NCBI RefSeq assembly: GCF_006345805.1
Contig: NW_021829873.1
Location: 1 to 39,527, forward strand
Reading direction: 5' to 3'
Length of the DNA stretch: 39,527 nt
Origin: Octopus sinensis
Lineage: Eukaryota
A model generated the notes under the pieces. It worked only from the letters and a program-made list of their open reading frames with translations, had not been told where the DNA came from and searched no databases. Shown here one piece after another: positions 1 through 9,848 of the stretch. The position numbers were made by a program, and so were the translations under genes. Each line of letters opens with the position of its first letter. The first letter of the stretch is position 1.

Positions 1-403
1 CTCAAAAATTTGTCCTACGAAGAAAGTCTGAGGACGCTCGACCTTTATTCTCTTGAAAAACGCCGCCGCCGTGGTGATCTCATTCTCGCCCACAACATCA
101 TAAGCGGGAAGTGTAACCTCTCGAAAGAGCTGTTCTTCACTCCTGCTCCGGAGCGTCGGCTGCGGGGTCATTCCGAAAAGCTCTACCTGCGACGATTTCA
201 TCTCAATCGAAGGAGAGGAGCTTTCTCCGTCCGGGTTGCGGATCCGTGGAACAAGCTGCCAGACGAGATGGTGAAGATGCCGACGACCGCTTTGTTCAGA
301 GCCTCCCTGGACCTCAAGCGGCCTGAACTCTTTACATGAACACCACCCTGTACTTAACTCCATGTCCCCCTACATGGCCTTGCTATTTGCTTTTGAGCCA
401 AAT

Positions 404-443
<40 letters not shown>
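1..443 (+). mobile_element. 3' end of a CR1-type non-LTR retrotransposon (ORF2 C-terminus, 3' UTR, microsatellite tail)
   Basis: ORF 10..339 reads YEESLRTLDLYSLEKRRRRGDLI...LRGH...FSVRVADPWNKLP, the typical post-RT C-terminus of CR1-clade ORF2. It is followed by a short 3' UTR and a (TAAC)n tail. The element runs off the left edge of the window. Confidence 0.9.
404..443 (+). repeat. (TAAC)10 LINE tail
   Basis: Ten perfect TAAC units lie directly after the CR1 3' UTR and abut Helitron coding sequence. Confidence 0.95.
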
Positions 444-445
<2 letters not shown>

Positions 446-2685
446 CTTGGCTGGCCGGTACCTCAGCAGCAACGAAGCGTTTTGGCGCATTTACGGCTTC
501 CCGCTCCATCAGAGACACCCGGCTGTGGTGCAGCTTGCTGAACACTTGGAAAATGGACAGCGGATTTACTTCACAGAGCAAAGTGCTGTGCAGATAGCCA
601 CCAGCCCTAAAGACACAACGTTGACTGGTTTCTTCAAATTATGCCAACGTGATGACTTCGCTCGAACGCTTTTGTACCCACAGGTCCCATCGTACTTCGT
701 GTGGTCTAAAAACACCTGGGTTCGACGGAAATCCGGCAAAAACGTCGAAGGCTTCCCAGGCGTCAAGTTTGACTTCTGCCTGGGTCGAGTTTACAACATC
801 CCGCCAAACCAGCAAGAATGCTTCTACCTCCGTCTCCTTCTACATGAGGCCAATGGTCCAACAGGTTTCGCCAATATACGTACCATCAATGGGGTTCTGT
901 GCGACACCTTCAGGGAAGCATGTATGAGACTTGACCTTCTAGAGGATGACTCCCAGTGGGACGCCACGATGGCAGAGGGCGCTTTACTGCAAACGCATTC
1001 GGCCCTACGACATCTTTTCGCGCAATCCTTCTTCAAAAATGTCAGCTTAGTGATCCACTAAGTCTCTGGATGAAATACAGGGATGACATGTCGCACGACT
1101 TCTTACGTACGGCTCAGCAACACTGCCCTTCCGCCGAGATCACGTTCACCAACTTCATTTACAATTTTGCGTTCATTCAACTCGAAGACGCTGTCATCGA
1201 TATGGGTGGGTCTGCTTTAACAGAGTACGGCCTTCCACCACCCACGTGAACACGCCAATGTTATGTCTGCTGAATTGTTACGCGAAACTTCTTCCTACTG
1301 CATTGAGGACTGCACCAGTACGTCCAAGATAATGAACCACGGCTGCTTCCAGACCAGCGCATAGCCTACAACACCATCGTAGACTCTGTCAGACAGCAAC
1401 GTGGAGGGATTTTCTTCTTGATGCACCGGCGGCACTGGCAAAACCTTCGTCACTAAACTAATTCTGGCAGAGGTCAGACGCAACACGGACATTGCCCTGG
1501 CTGTAGCTTCCTCTGGTATCGCGGCCACGTTGCTTCCGGTGGCAGAACCGCCCACTCTGCCTTCAGACTCCCGCTCGATCTGGCAAAGTCCGAGTCACCT
1601 ATCTGCAACATCGCCAAGAACTCAGAACAGGCTGACATTCTGCGCAGATGCAAACTCATCGTATGGGACGAGTGCACTATGGCACACAAAGGCGCCCTTG
1701 AGGCACTGGACAGGTCCCTGCAAGACATCAGAGACTCTACGGCCCCCATGGGAGGATTAACTTTACTTCTTTCAGGAGACTTCAGGCAGACTCTAACTGT
1801 TATTCCAAAAGGAACCCGTGCCGATGCCGTGTTCGCGTGCCTTAAGTCGTCAGCTCTTTGGGCACATGTGCGGCCCTTGCACCTCCAAACTAACATGCGC
1901 GCGCAGTTAATTGGTGACAGCGGATCCGCTGCATTCTCCAGGGACCTCTTATCGCTCGGTGAAAATAGGATGCTGTCTGATGCGGATGGCTACGTTCAAT
2001 TGGACTCACTTTGCACCATTGTCGACACCCCTGTTAGCCTCCGGGACGCTGTCTTCCACGACCTACAAAACAATTTACGCGACCTAAAATGGCTGGCAGG
2101 CAGAGCTATTCTCGCACCCAAAAATACAACCGTCAACTCCATCAATGTCCAGCTACTTGAAGCTATTCCTGGTGATGTCCACGTCTACAAATCTATAGAT
2201 AGGACAGCAGACCCCGCCCAGCTTGCCGATTATCCTGTTGAATTCCTGAATTCACTTGAACCGCCAGGCCTGCCACCACACATCCTGAAGTTAAAAGTCG
2301 GTGCGCCCATTATGCTCATCAGGAATTTGGTTCCACCTAAACAGTGCAACGGCACACGTTTGGTTGTGAAACATTTGGCACCACATTTAATAACGGCCAC
2401 AATACTTACCGGTTGTGGGAATGGAGAGGACGTCTTCATTCCACGGATGCACCTTCAATCCACTTCAGGCGTTCTCAGTTTCCTGTTAAACTCTGCTTCG
2501 CAATGTCCATCAATAAATCCCAAGGCCAAACGCTACAAGTCGCTGGGTTACATTTGGGCGAACAGTGCTTCGCCCACGGTCAACTCTACGTGGGCTGTTC
2601 ACGCGTTGGGAGGCGCAATGATGTTTTCATGTTTTCGCCCAAACGGACAGCTAGGAACATCGTATATACAGAAGTATTCCAGTGA
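444..2685 (+). pseudogene. Helitron RepHel protein, PIF1-like SF1B helicase portion, frameshifted
   Basis: Motifs spread over several frames: GRYLSSNEAFWRI, ECFYLRLLL, TFREAC..LLEDD.QW, Walker A GGTGKT (~1428-1446), AVASSGIAATLL, Walker B LIVWDECTM, GDFRQ, RAILAPKN, PPHILKLKVGAPIMLIRNL, CNGTRL, QFPVKLCFAMSINKSQGQT, HGQLYVGCSRV, NIVYTEVF-stop. Confidence 0.93.
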
Positions 2686-2779
2686 AGACAAGACATTGCA
2701 ACGTCCACATGCACCTTCGTTCCCTGGAGGGAAAGGACTACATTGGGATTAGTCGTTGCCTATTAGGGGCTCTTACATA

Positions 2780-2806
2780 CCCGGGCAACGCCGGGCTATG
2801 CTGCTA

Positions 2807-2807
<1 letters not shown>
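2780..2807 (+). other. Helitron 3' terminal hairpin and CTRR end
   Basis: CCCGGGCAACGCCGGG (imperfect palindrome), an 8-nt spacer, then CTAA|T. Confidence 0.85.
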
Positions 2808-2824
<17 letters not shown>

Positions 2825-2842
<18 letters not shown>

Positions 2843-3048
2843 TTGTGTGTCTGTGTTTGTCCCCCTAGCATTGCTTGACAACCGATGCTAGTGTGTTTAC
2901 GTCACTTAGCGGTTCGGCAAAGTAGACCGATAGAATGAGTACTAAGCTTACAAAGAATAAGTCCCGGGGTCGATTTGATCGACTAAAGGCGGTGCTCCAG
3001 CATGGCCGCAGTCAAAATGACTGAAACAAGTAAAAGAGTAAAAGAGTA
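2825..3048 (+). mobile_element. tRNA-derived SINE family 1, 3' half
   Basis: Matches the 3' half of the full copy at 3476-3878, ending GACTGAAACAAGTAAAAGAGTAAAAGAGTA. Confidence 0.85.
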
Positions 3049-3081
3049 ATATATACATACATATAGATATGTATTTACGTA

Positions 3082-3131
<50 letters not shown>

Positions 3132-3229
3132 CATATAGATATGTATGAACGTATGTGTGTACATATATATAAACGTGTGTGTATATGTAACATATTTCTA
3201 AGAATAGATACATTCATACATACATCTAC

Positions 3230-3263
<34 letters not shown>

Positions 3264-3911
3264 ACACACATACGTAAATACATATCTATATGTGTATATA
3301 TGTATGTATATATATATATATATATATATATAAACTTATATATATATAAACTTATACATACATATGCGTGCATATTTCTATTGCATATATAAACATATAT
3401 ATTTATGTGTATATATGCACATACATGTGTGAGTGTACGGCGTCTCAGCTGTGTTCAATGCAGAAAAAGAATATAGTCGCAGGAGTGGCTCTGTGGTAAG
3501 TAGCTTGCTAACCAGCCACATGGTTCCGGGTTCAGTCCCACTGCGTGGCATCTTGGGCAAGTGTCTTCTGCTATAGCCCCGGGCCGACCAATGCCTTGTG
3601 AGTGGATTGGGTAGACGGAAACTGAAAGAAGCCTGTCGTATATATGTATATATATGTGTGTGTGTGTGTTTGTGTCTGTGTTTGTCCCCCTAACATTGCT
3701 CGACGACCGATGCTGGTGTGTTTACGTCCCCGTCACTTAGCGGTTCGGCAAAAGATACCGATAGAATAAGTACTAAGCTTACAAAGAATAAGTCCCGGGG
3801 TCGAGTTGCTCGACTAAAGGCGGTGCTCCAGCTTGGCCGTAGTCAAATGACTGAAACAAGTAAAAGAGTAAAAGAGTAATATATACATACATATAGATAT
3901 GTATTTACGTA

Positions 3912-3955
<44 letters not shown>

Positions 3956-4048
3956 GATATGTATGTACGTATGTGTGTACATATATATAAACGTGTGTGT
4001 ATATGTAACATATTTCTAAGAATACATACATTCATACATACATCTACA
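2837..4048 (+). repeat. Local direct duplication (~2837-3230 and ~3661-4048)
   Basis: The SINE 3' half and the same downstream low-complexity flank (...CATATTTCTAAGAATA.ATACATTCATACATACATCTACA) occur twice. Confidence 0.8.
3476..3878 (+). mobile_element. tRNA-derived SINE family 1, full length
   Basis: Pol III A box TGGCTCTGTGG (3486-3496), B box GGTTCAGTCCC (3529-3539), CTTGGGCAAGT after the head, an internal (TA)n(TG)n tract and a (GTAAAAGA)n tail. Many related fragments occur across the window. Confidence 0.9.
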
Positions 4049-4153
4049 TACGCCGTGTGTATGAATGTGTTTCTAAATGTGCATTTATACATGTGTGTGT
4101 GTGTATGTGTATGTGTATGCACATATGTATGTATGCATGTATATATGTTTGTA

Positions 4154-4540
4154 TCTCTTATTATAAAGGCAGATTTTATCTGCCTCCCTTGGGAGTTATA
4201 CAAATCTACAATATAGGATTTCTTCAATTACAATTTACCTAGCATTTTTAAGAGTACAATGCATCGCGTCATGCCAGGTCCAGTTTTTAAAATTTAAACT
4301 CCAATTAAGCAAAATTTACAGAAAACTCACATTCTGGTGTGTGTGTCAAATGCTTTTCTTAGTCTGGTTTACACCACACGCAAACGCACACACACAGTGG
4401 GCAATGAATAAACTGAAACTAATTCACTGTGTGTTGACAGGTAGAAAATAGAATGCGATGGCGATGGCTATGGCGATGGCTATGGCGATGGCGATGGCTA
4501 TGGCGATGGCGATGTAATATTTGTTTCTCTCTATGACGCT
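4154..4540 (+). mobile_element. Repeat module beginning A|TC, probable Helitron 5' end (second copy 37052-37388)
   Basis: TCTCTTATTATAAAGGCAGATTTTATCTGCCTCCC... is clearly homologous to 37052-37388. Both copies start at TC preceded by A. Confidence 0.7.
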
Positions 4541-4916
4541 CATAAAAGCATTGATGTACATGTGTGCGTGCGTGAGTGTGTGTGTCATTCCTCACATACA
4601 CGCATACACATACATATATGAGAGTGGCAAACACAAACGTTTCAAACAACTACATACAAACACGTGTGTGTTTGTTATTAGTAAAAAAAGGCGCCAAAAC
4701 ACAACTCACTTATCATTCCAACACATTTGCAAAGACACACGGACGGTCGAATAACAATACAGAAAAGGTAAATTGGTTTTTATTTTACTCTGTATATATT
4801 TTATTATATAATATTATATATAGATATATGTATATATAATTGCAGTATGAAACAGTGTTTATGTATAAACAGACGACGCTTATATATAGTTATTAATAAT
4901 GTATGCATCCGTTTAA

Positions 4917-5737
4917 CCCTTTCGTTACCAAACCGCCCGAAAAAAAATTTGGTTAATGTGACCAAGCCGCCCGAATTTACCTATTCATATTTAAATGAGA
5001 ATATCAGAATAAATCTCTTTAGAACATTCGTGAAAACACGTATTATACTTCGTAAACAGTTCAACTACAGTTTTGTACAAAAATCGAAGTGTATTTTAAT
5101 TCCGTGAATTATGGGAGATTTTTTTTCCGAAATTTGTTCCTATTGTGTTTTCAAAATTTGTAATTCTGACAAAAATGGATACGAATTTCATTATATCAAG
5201 CAGCGAGTCAGAATTCGAAGGATTTTCTACTGAAGACCTTCATAAATCTAACTCTATGACTAAAAAAAAAAGCATGTGGTATTTGATCTCAACCTAAACA
5301 AAGCGAAAGAAACGATAGTTTGTTATTTCCCACAACCTTAAATGAAATTAAGGCCTATTTTGCCATAAATATTATTATGGGTATTAGAAAGTTACCCAGA
5401 ATAACAAATTCTATCGTAAAATTTTGTTGTATACCCAATTGAATATTAGCTAATAACCCATTTTCTATAGCGATGTTTGAACAAAATTTTAATAATTTTA
5501 TATATTGTTGAATTTACCTGTATCTACCTGCAATTAGAGTCACTTTGTGACAAAAATTATAGTATAGAATTGGTTGAGAACATTTCACTAAATTATCTTC
5601 CAAAAATCAGATTAATATATTCATAAATAAAAAAGTTATAGTTGTTTAATGAAACCAGACTAAATTTATGATTACGTTAGAAATTAATTGAAACACATAA
5701 GGGGTGTATTTTGGTCAGAAATATAGTAACGAAAGGG
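4917..5737 (+). mobile_element. Non-autonomous piggyBac element (internal deletion derivative)
   Basis: TTAA target duplication at 4913-4916 and 5738-5741, and perfect 12-bp TIRs CCCTTTCGTTAC...GTAACGAAAGGG. Transposase remnants: MDTNFIISSSESEFEGFS (from 5175) and PTTLNEIKAYFAINIIMGIRKLPRI (5329-5403). Confidence 0.93.
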
Positions 5738-5848
5738 TTAAGAAAAACCAAAAATATTTTATTCTTTGTAAATGTTGTGTTCAGAATAACATTTTCTTTT
5801 AAGAATGTGTATATAACAAAGTATGTGTATATAACTACGTGGCTTATA

Positions 5849-6243
5849 TCTTTATATATAAGAGTGAAGTTGTGTGTCTGTCTCCTACGATTTAGATTCG
5901 TAACTACTCCCACATTTTGCGGTGTAGTTTAACCAAAAGCGGGTATCTTATAGTCGTGATTCATATCGAGCCCTTCTGGGTATTAGCGCGCGTCTACGAT
6001 GAGTCTACGATTTAAAAAAAATTTACCATCATATTTTTCCATTTTAATGCATATTTTCGTTATTATATAGGGAAGTAACTCTCTAAAAATATCTACGATG
6101 TGTCAACGATTTTTAAAAAAAATTACCTTAATTTTTTTCAATTTTTAATGCATTTTTTTGCTATTTTTTGGCTATAACTCTCTAAAAATGCTTATATAGT
6201 TATTTCCCTTACAAACCCGAGCAACGCCGGGCGATACTGCTAG
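5849..6243 (+). mobile_element. Non-autonomous Helitron module
   Basis: A|TCTTTATATATAA start, internal TCTACGATG.GTC.ACGATTT subrepeats, hairpin CCCGAGCAACGCCGGG and CTAG|T end. A second copy lies at 38589-39220. Confidence 0.88.
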
Positions 6244-6406
6244 TGTATGTATAAATGTATATATATATATGTGCATAGATATATGCTTACACACAAATAC
6301 ATGCACGTACAATATATCCGCATATATATATATATGGATAGATTGATAGATAGTTAGATAGATAGATACATGCATACATACACACATTCATACATATATA
6401 CAGACT

Positions 6407-6465
<59 letters not shown>

Positions 6466-6592
6466 GTGTGTGTGTGTGTGTGTGTGTATAGATAGATATA
6501 CATATATGCTAACACGTGTATATATACACGTAAATAAGTATAAAAATGTATGTATTAATACTAGTACATGCACATATACATACATCTCTGCG

Positions 6593-6697
6593 GGACTTCA
6601 TAATTTGCCAGAAAATAATGGATCGTGCCAAGATTTTGCTGCTACTTCTAGCATGTAGAAATTACCTGTTAAAGCGTAATTTTCTATTTTGAAATAT
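6593..6697 (+). repeat. ~104-bp diverged direct repeat (second copy 8511-8614)
   Basis: GGACTTCA.AATTTGCCAGAAAATAATGGATCGT...GTAATTTTCTATTTTGAAATAT occurs at both sites. Confidence 0.8.
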
Positions 6698-6702
6698 CTA
6701 TA

Positions 6703-6798
6703 TATTTACTACCCACAAGGGGCTACACATAGAGGGGACAAACAAGGACAGACAAAGGGATTAAGTCGATTACATCGACCCTAGTGCGAAACTGGTAC
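6703..6798 (-). mobile_element. SINE family 2, 3' fragment
   Basis: Homologous to 9945-10037 (TTTACTACCCACAAG.GGCTA...GATTA.ATCGACCC). Confidence 0.65.
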
Positions 6799-6807
6799 AT
6801 ATATATA

Positions 6808-7087
6808 TTCTTTTATTCTTTTCTTTTACTTGTTTCAGTCATTTGACTGCGGCCATGCTGGAGCACCGCCATTAGTCGAGCAACTCGACCCCGGGACTTA
6901 TTCTTTTGCAATCCCAGTACTTATTCTATCGGTCTCTCTTGCCGATCGGGGACATAAGCACACCAGCATCGGTTGTCAAGCAATGCTAGGGGACAAACAC
7001 AGACACACAAATACACACTCAGTGGGACTGAACCCGCAACCATGTGGTTGGTAGACAAGCTACTTACCACACAGCCACTCCTGCGCC
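6808..7087 (-). mobile_element. SINE family 1, internally deleted copy
   Basis: Reverse complement of the tRNA head (GGCGCAGGAGTGGCTGTGTGGTAAG) joined to the 3' half. The central segment is missing. Confidence 0.85.
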
Positions 7088-7377
7088 TATATATATGTGT
7101 ATATATATATATATATATAATAATATATATATATAATATATATATATTTATATAATAGAAATATTAAAATAACTAAGTCTCTCTAAAAGAGAACAGCGGC
7201 AGCGTTCCCGGAAAATAATAGTTATCGCCATACTAATATGGCATTCTAATAAAAATAAGAAAAAAGCTGTCCGCTTATTAGCTCCATGAGGCCATCGCCT
7301 TAAGTTAGCTATTTGATACACAAACTGTATCCATATAACCTTCGAACAAGGGAGGTCAGTCGCTCCACACTACTTGA

Positions 7378-7433
7378 CCGGCAGCTACAGACGCGTTTCG
7401 AGGTATTGCCCCTTTTCAATGCAGCGTAGCCAG
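7378..7433 (-). ncRNA. Type I hammerhead ribozyme, copy 1 (U3-A8 core variant)
   Basis: Minus strand reads GCUGCA UUGAAAA GGGG-CAAUA-CCUC GAA ACGCGU C^ UGUAGC. Stem II has one G-U pair. Predicted cleavage is between 7390 and 7389. Confidence 0.8.
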
Positions 7434-7738
7434 CCAGTAGGTGTCGCTTCCGACAATCTCTGTTCGATGGTTTTATTTACCTAGTTTCGGTGAAATACAT
7501 CCACTTGTTTTCAATAATAGAAATATTAAAATAACTAAGTCTCTCTAAAAGAGAACAGCGGCAGCGTTCCCGGAAAATAATAGTTATCGCATACTAATAT
7601 GGCATTCTTATAAAAATAAGAAAAAAGCTGTCCGCTTATTAGCTCCATGAGGCCATCGCCTTAAGTTAGCTATTTGATACACAAACTGTATCCATATAAC
7701 CTTCGAACAAGGGAGGTCAGTCGCTCCACACTACTTGA

Positions 7739-7794
7739 CCGGCAGCTACAGACGCGTTTCGGGGTATTGCCCCTTTTCAATGCAGCGTAGCCAG
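7739..7794 (-). ncRNA. Type I hammerhead ribozyme, copy 2 (U3-A8 core variant)
   Basis: Minus strand reads GCUGCA UUGAAAA GGGG-CAAUA-CCCC GAA ACGCGU C^ UGUAGC. Predicted cleavage is between 7751 and 7750. Confidence 0.83.
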
Positions 7795-8100
7795 CCAGTA
7801 GGTGTCGCTTCCGACAATCTCTGTTCGATGGTTTTATTTACCTAGTTTCGGTGAAATACATCCACTTGTTTTCAATAATAGAAATATTAAAATAACTAAG
7901 TCTCTCTAAAAGAGAACAGCGGCAGCGTTCCCGGAAAATAATAGTTATCGCCATACTAATATGGCATTCTTATAAAAATAAGAAAAAAGCTGTCCGCTTA
8001 TTAGCTCCATGAGGCCATCGCCTTAAGTTAGCTATTTGATACACAAACTGTATCCATATAACCTTCGAACAAGGGAGGTCAGTCGCTCCACACTACTTGA

Positions 8101-8156
8101 CCGGCAGCTACAGACGCGTTTCGGGGTATTGCCCCTTTTCAATGCAGCGTAGCCAG
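8101..8156 (-). ncRNA. Type I hammerhead ribozyme, copy 3 (U3-A8 core variant)
   Basis: Same sequence as copy 2. Predicted cleavage is between 8113 and 8112. Confidence 0.83.
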
Positions 8157-8305
8157 CCAGTAGGTGTCGCTTCCGACAATCTCTGTTCGATGGTTTTATT
8201 TACCTAGTTTCGGTGAAATACATCCACTTGTTTTCAATAATAGAAATATTAAAATAACTAAGTCTCTCTATTTATATATATATTATATATTTATATATAT
8301 GTAAT

Positions 8306-8365
<60 letters not shown>

Positions 8366-8391
8366 ACATATAAATATATAATATATATATA

Positions 8392-8417
8392 TAGAGAGAC
8401 TTAGTTATTTTAATATT
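8392..8417. repeat. Inverted copy of the array terminus
   Basis: TAGAGAGACTTAGTTATTTTAATATT is the exact reverse complement of 8245-8270. Confidence 0.9.
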
Positions 8418-8620
8418 ATATATCTATACATATGTGTGTGTGTGTATATATATATATGTAGATGTATATATATATACATATATAAAAAGATAAAGGTCTT
8501 TATTTTTCATGGACTTCAAAATTTGCCAGAAAATAATGGATCGTAGCAATCTTTGCTGCTATTTCTAGCATGTTAAAATTGCATGTTAAAGGGTAATTTT
8601 CTATTTTGAAATATATATAC

Positions 8621-8651
<31 letters not shown>

Positions 8652-8663
8652 TGTATGTATGTG

Positions 8664-8697
<34 letters not shown>

Positions 8698-9535
8698 GCG
8701 TGTGCGTGTGCGCGTGCGTGTGTGTGTCTGTGTGTGTGTTTGTCTGCGTGTATCTTTAAAATCTTCCGATTTTTGGTGACATATGAAATAGACATTTGGT
8801 TTTGTAACCGAAAAATGAAGCGAAAGAGGTTTAGCTACTGTAGCGTTCGATTGTATCTTTTGCAGACAAACTGAACGACTCCATTTAATTTCATCAGAAA
8901 GTTACTTAAGATCTTTTCTCTCTGTCTGTCTGTCTGTCTCTCTCTCTTGTCTTTTACGCTCTCTCTCTGTCTGTATTTAACTCACTATATAACATATGAG
9001 TTTCTCTCTCTCTCAATATAAAACTATTTTTCTCTATTATTACCCGTTGCTAAGCAACTCAGGGAAAAGGTGTGTGCGTGTGTGACTGTATTTTCAATTG
9101 TGTGTGTGTGTATGTGTGCGTTTGTGCCTTTCGACACCAGTGCGTGCGTAACGACACACACACAAACGCCCACAAGCATACACACACAAAATTGAAAATG
9201 CACAGTTACACACTCAAACACTCACACACAGAAACGAAAATACACACGCACACATAAATAAAAACAGTCACACATACACACTGAAATGAAAATACTCACA
9301 CACACTCACACTCACACATGCACACATGCATACGGACAAACACCACACACACACACACAAAAAAGGAAAATACAGTTACACACTCACACACACACGCTCA
9401 CACGCATACACTAGCGCACACACACACACACACACACACACACGTACAAGTAATGTACTGGAAACACGCGCGCACGCAGACACAGAAATGAAAACACACA
9501 TATGTGTGTGTGTTTGTGTGTGTGTATGTATGAAT

Positions 9536-9848
9536 AGATTTGGTTGATGGAAACTGAAAGAAGCCCATCGTATATAAATGTATACATATATGTGTGTGTG
9601 AGTGTGTGTGTGTGTCTGTTTACCCCCTCCCCCCTCCAACATCGCTTGACAAGAACCGCTAGGGTTAAAAATAATGTCTTGGGATTGATTTGCTCGACTA
9701 AATGCGGTGCTCCAGCATGGCCACAGTCAAATGACTGAAACAAGGAAAATCAAAACATATATATATATATATGTTCTTTTATTTTACTTGTTTCAGTCAT
9801 TTGACTGTGGCCATGCTGGAGCACCGCATTTAGTCAAGCAAATCGATC
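9536..9848. repeat. SINE family 1 fragment ending in a ~166-bp fold-back palindrome (9683-9848)
   Basis: A plus-strand SINE tail and its reverse complement meet tail-to-tail at a short (AT)n centre. Confidence 0.88.

Larger units (their letters stand above)
444..2807 (+). mobile_element. Helitron (autonomous-type, decayed), 3' half
   Basis: RepHel coding remnants followed by a GC-rich subterminal hairpin and a CTRR terminus (CTAA 2804-2807, then T). Confidence 0.92.
7152..8270 (-). repeat. Tandem array of 3 x 361-362 bp plus a 34-bp partial unit; retrozyme or Penelope pLTR-like
   Basis: Units start at 7152, 7514, 7875 and 8237 and differ at only a few positions. The array is embedded in (TA)n and has one hammerhead motif per unit. 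Confidence 0.92.

Noticed and set aside
444-2685. Host PIF1 helicase gene
   Set aside because: It is intronless and frameshifted, has Helitron-specific upstream motifs, and ends in a Helitron terminus.
3476-3550. Possible tRNA gene
   Set aside because: The A and B boxes continue into a repeated body and tail, so this is a SINE head. I could not fold a convincing cloverleaf.
2948-4242. YIYI/CVCV/HTHT-rich ORFs here and throughout the window
   Set aside because: They are translations of (TA)n, (TG)n and (CA)n microsatellites.
8885-8900. Minus-strand CTGATGA, a possible additional hammerhead
   Set aside because: No helix II followed by GAAA and no helix I/III pairing could be found.
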